Shown here in pieces: positions 63,874 through 64,000 of a stretch of 64,000 nt of DNA. The stretch lies in IMG/VR virus record IMGVR_UViG_3300045923_000198; one strand, 5' to 3'. How positions within the stretch are numbered: the stretch's first letter is position 1; each line of letters begins with the position of its first letter. The notes beneath the pieces were generated by a model. That model saw nothing but the letters and a program-made list of their open reading frames with translations, did no database searches and was not told the origin of the DNA. Origin of the DNA: an uncultured virus (IMG/VR IMGVR_UViG_3300045923_000198) (Duplodnaviria; Heunggongvirae; Uroviricota; Caudoviricetes). The position numbers and the translations under genes are program-made.

Positions 63874-64000
63874 CTGACCTGCTCGATGAACAACTACCTC
63901 GAACGCCGCGAGTTCCGCAGGTACGACCAGAGTACCGGGACTCTCAATCCGCCGCGCACCACAGCCCCGTGCTTCGTCGGACGGCATGACAGGTGTAAAG

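Noticed and set aside
1..64000. Genome-wide TAG-to-sense recoding suggested by the CUA tRNAs
   Set aside because: Coding density is high under code 11, recognisable genes are uninterrupted, and TAG ends proteins where equivalent tags end in TGA (DDEY).
1..64000. CRISPR array
   Set aside because: No regularly spaced direct repeats seen; the recurring motifs are dispersed and tied to gene starts.

Overview
Gene-dense, GC-rich window of short, mostly hypothetical ORFs in mixed orientation. It reads as an accessory/auxiliary region of a large (jumbo-type) phage genome (inference from gene content and tRNAs; no core structural or replication genes here). A Myxococcota-like host is a weak guess. 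Recognisable genes: YccA/BI-1, HAD, two ATP-grasp proteins, two Nudix, adjacent NADAR and macrodomain, HigA-like HTH, two HNH, two J-domain proteins, a CoaB/Dfp-like plus class II aldolase fusion, AAA+ ATPase, PTH2-like hydrolase, metallophosphoesterase, a DNA MTase and two MTase remnants, dNMP kinase, GT51 transglycosylase, HD protein, zeta-toxin-like kinase, four HExxH zincin-like proteins, and a Prs-like plus Nampt-like (NARP1-type) pair. Main hidden structure: (1) a leaderless uORF with two in-frame TAG codons and an RGPP arrest-like motif whose codons can pair with the downstream SD, heading an operon with a PTH2-like gene and two CUA-type tRNAs, i.e. a candidate amber-readthrough sensor; (2) a C-terminal tag (AWxRLMxDDE-like) on about 8 unrelated proteins; (3) an RVxxR[FY] tag on enzyme-like proteins that share their own upstream motif 14 nt before the start; (4) a GGTGTA motif 9-13 nt before about 30 start codons; (5) a 172-nt tRNA-like RNA with a ~100-nt structured D-arm insertion and its own promoter. 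All family calls are by eye from motifs; no database searches were run.
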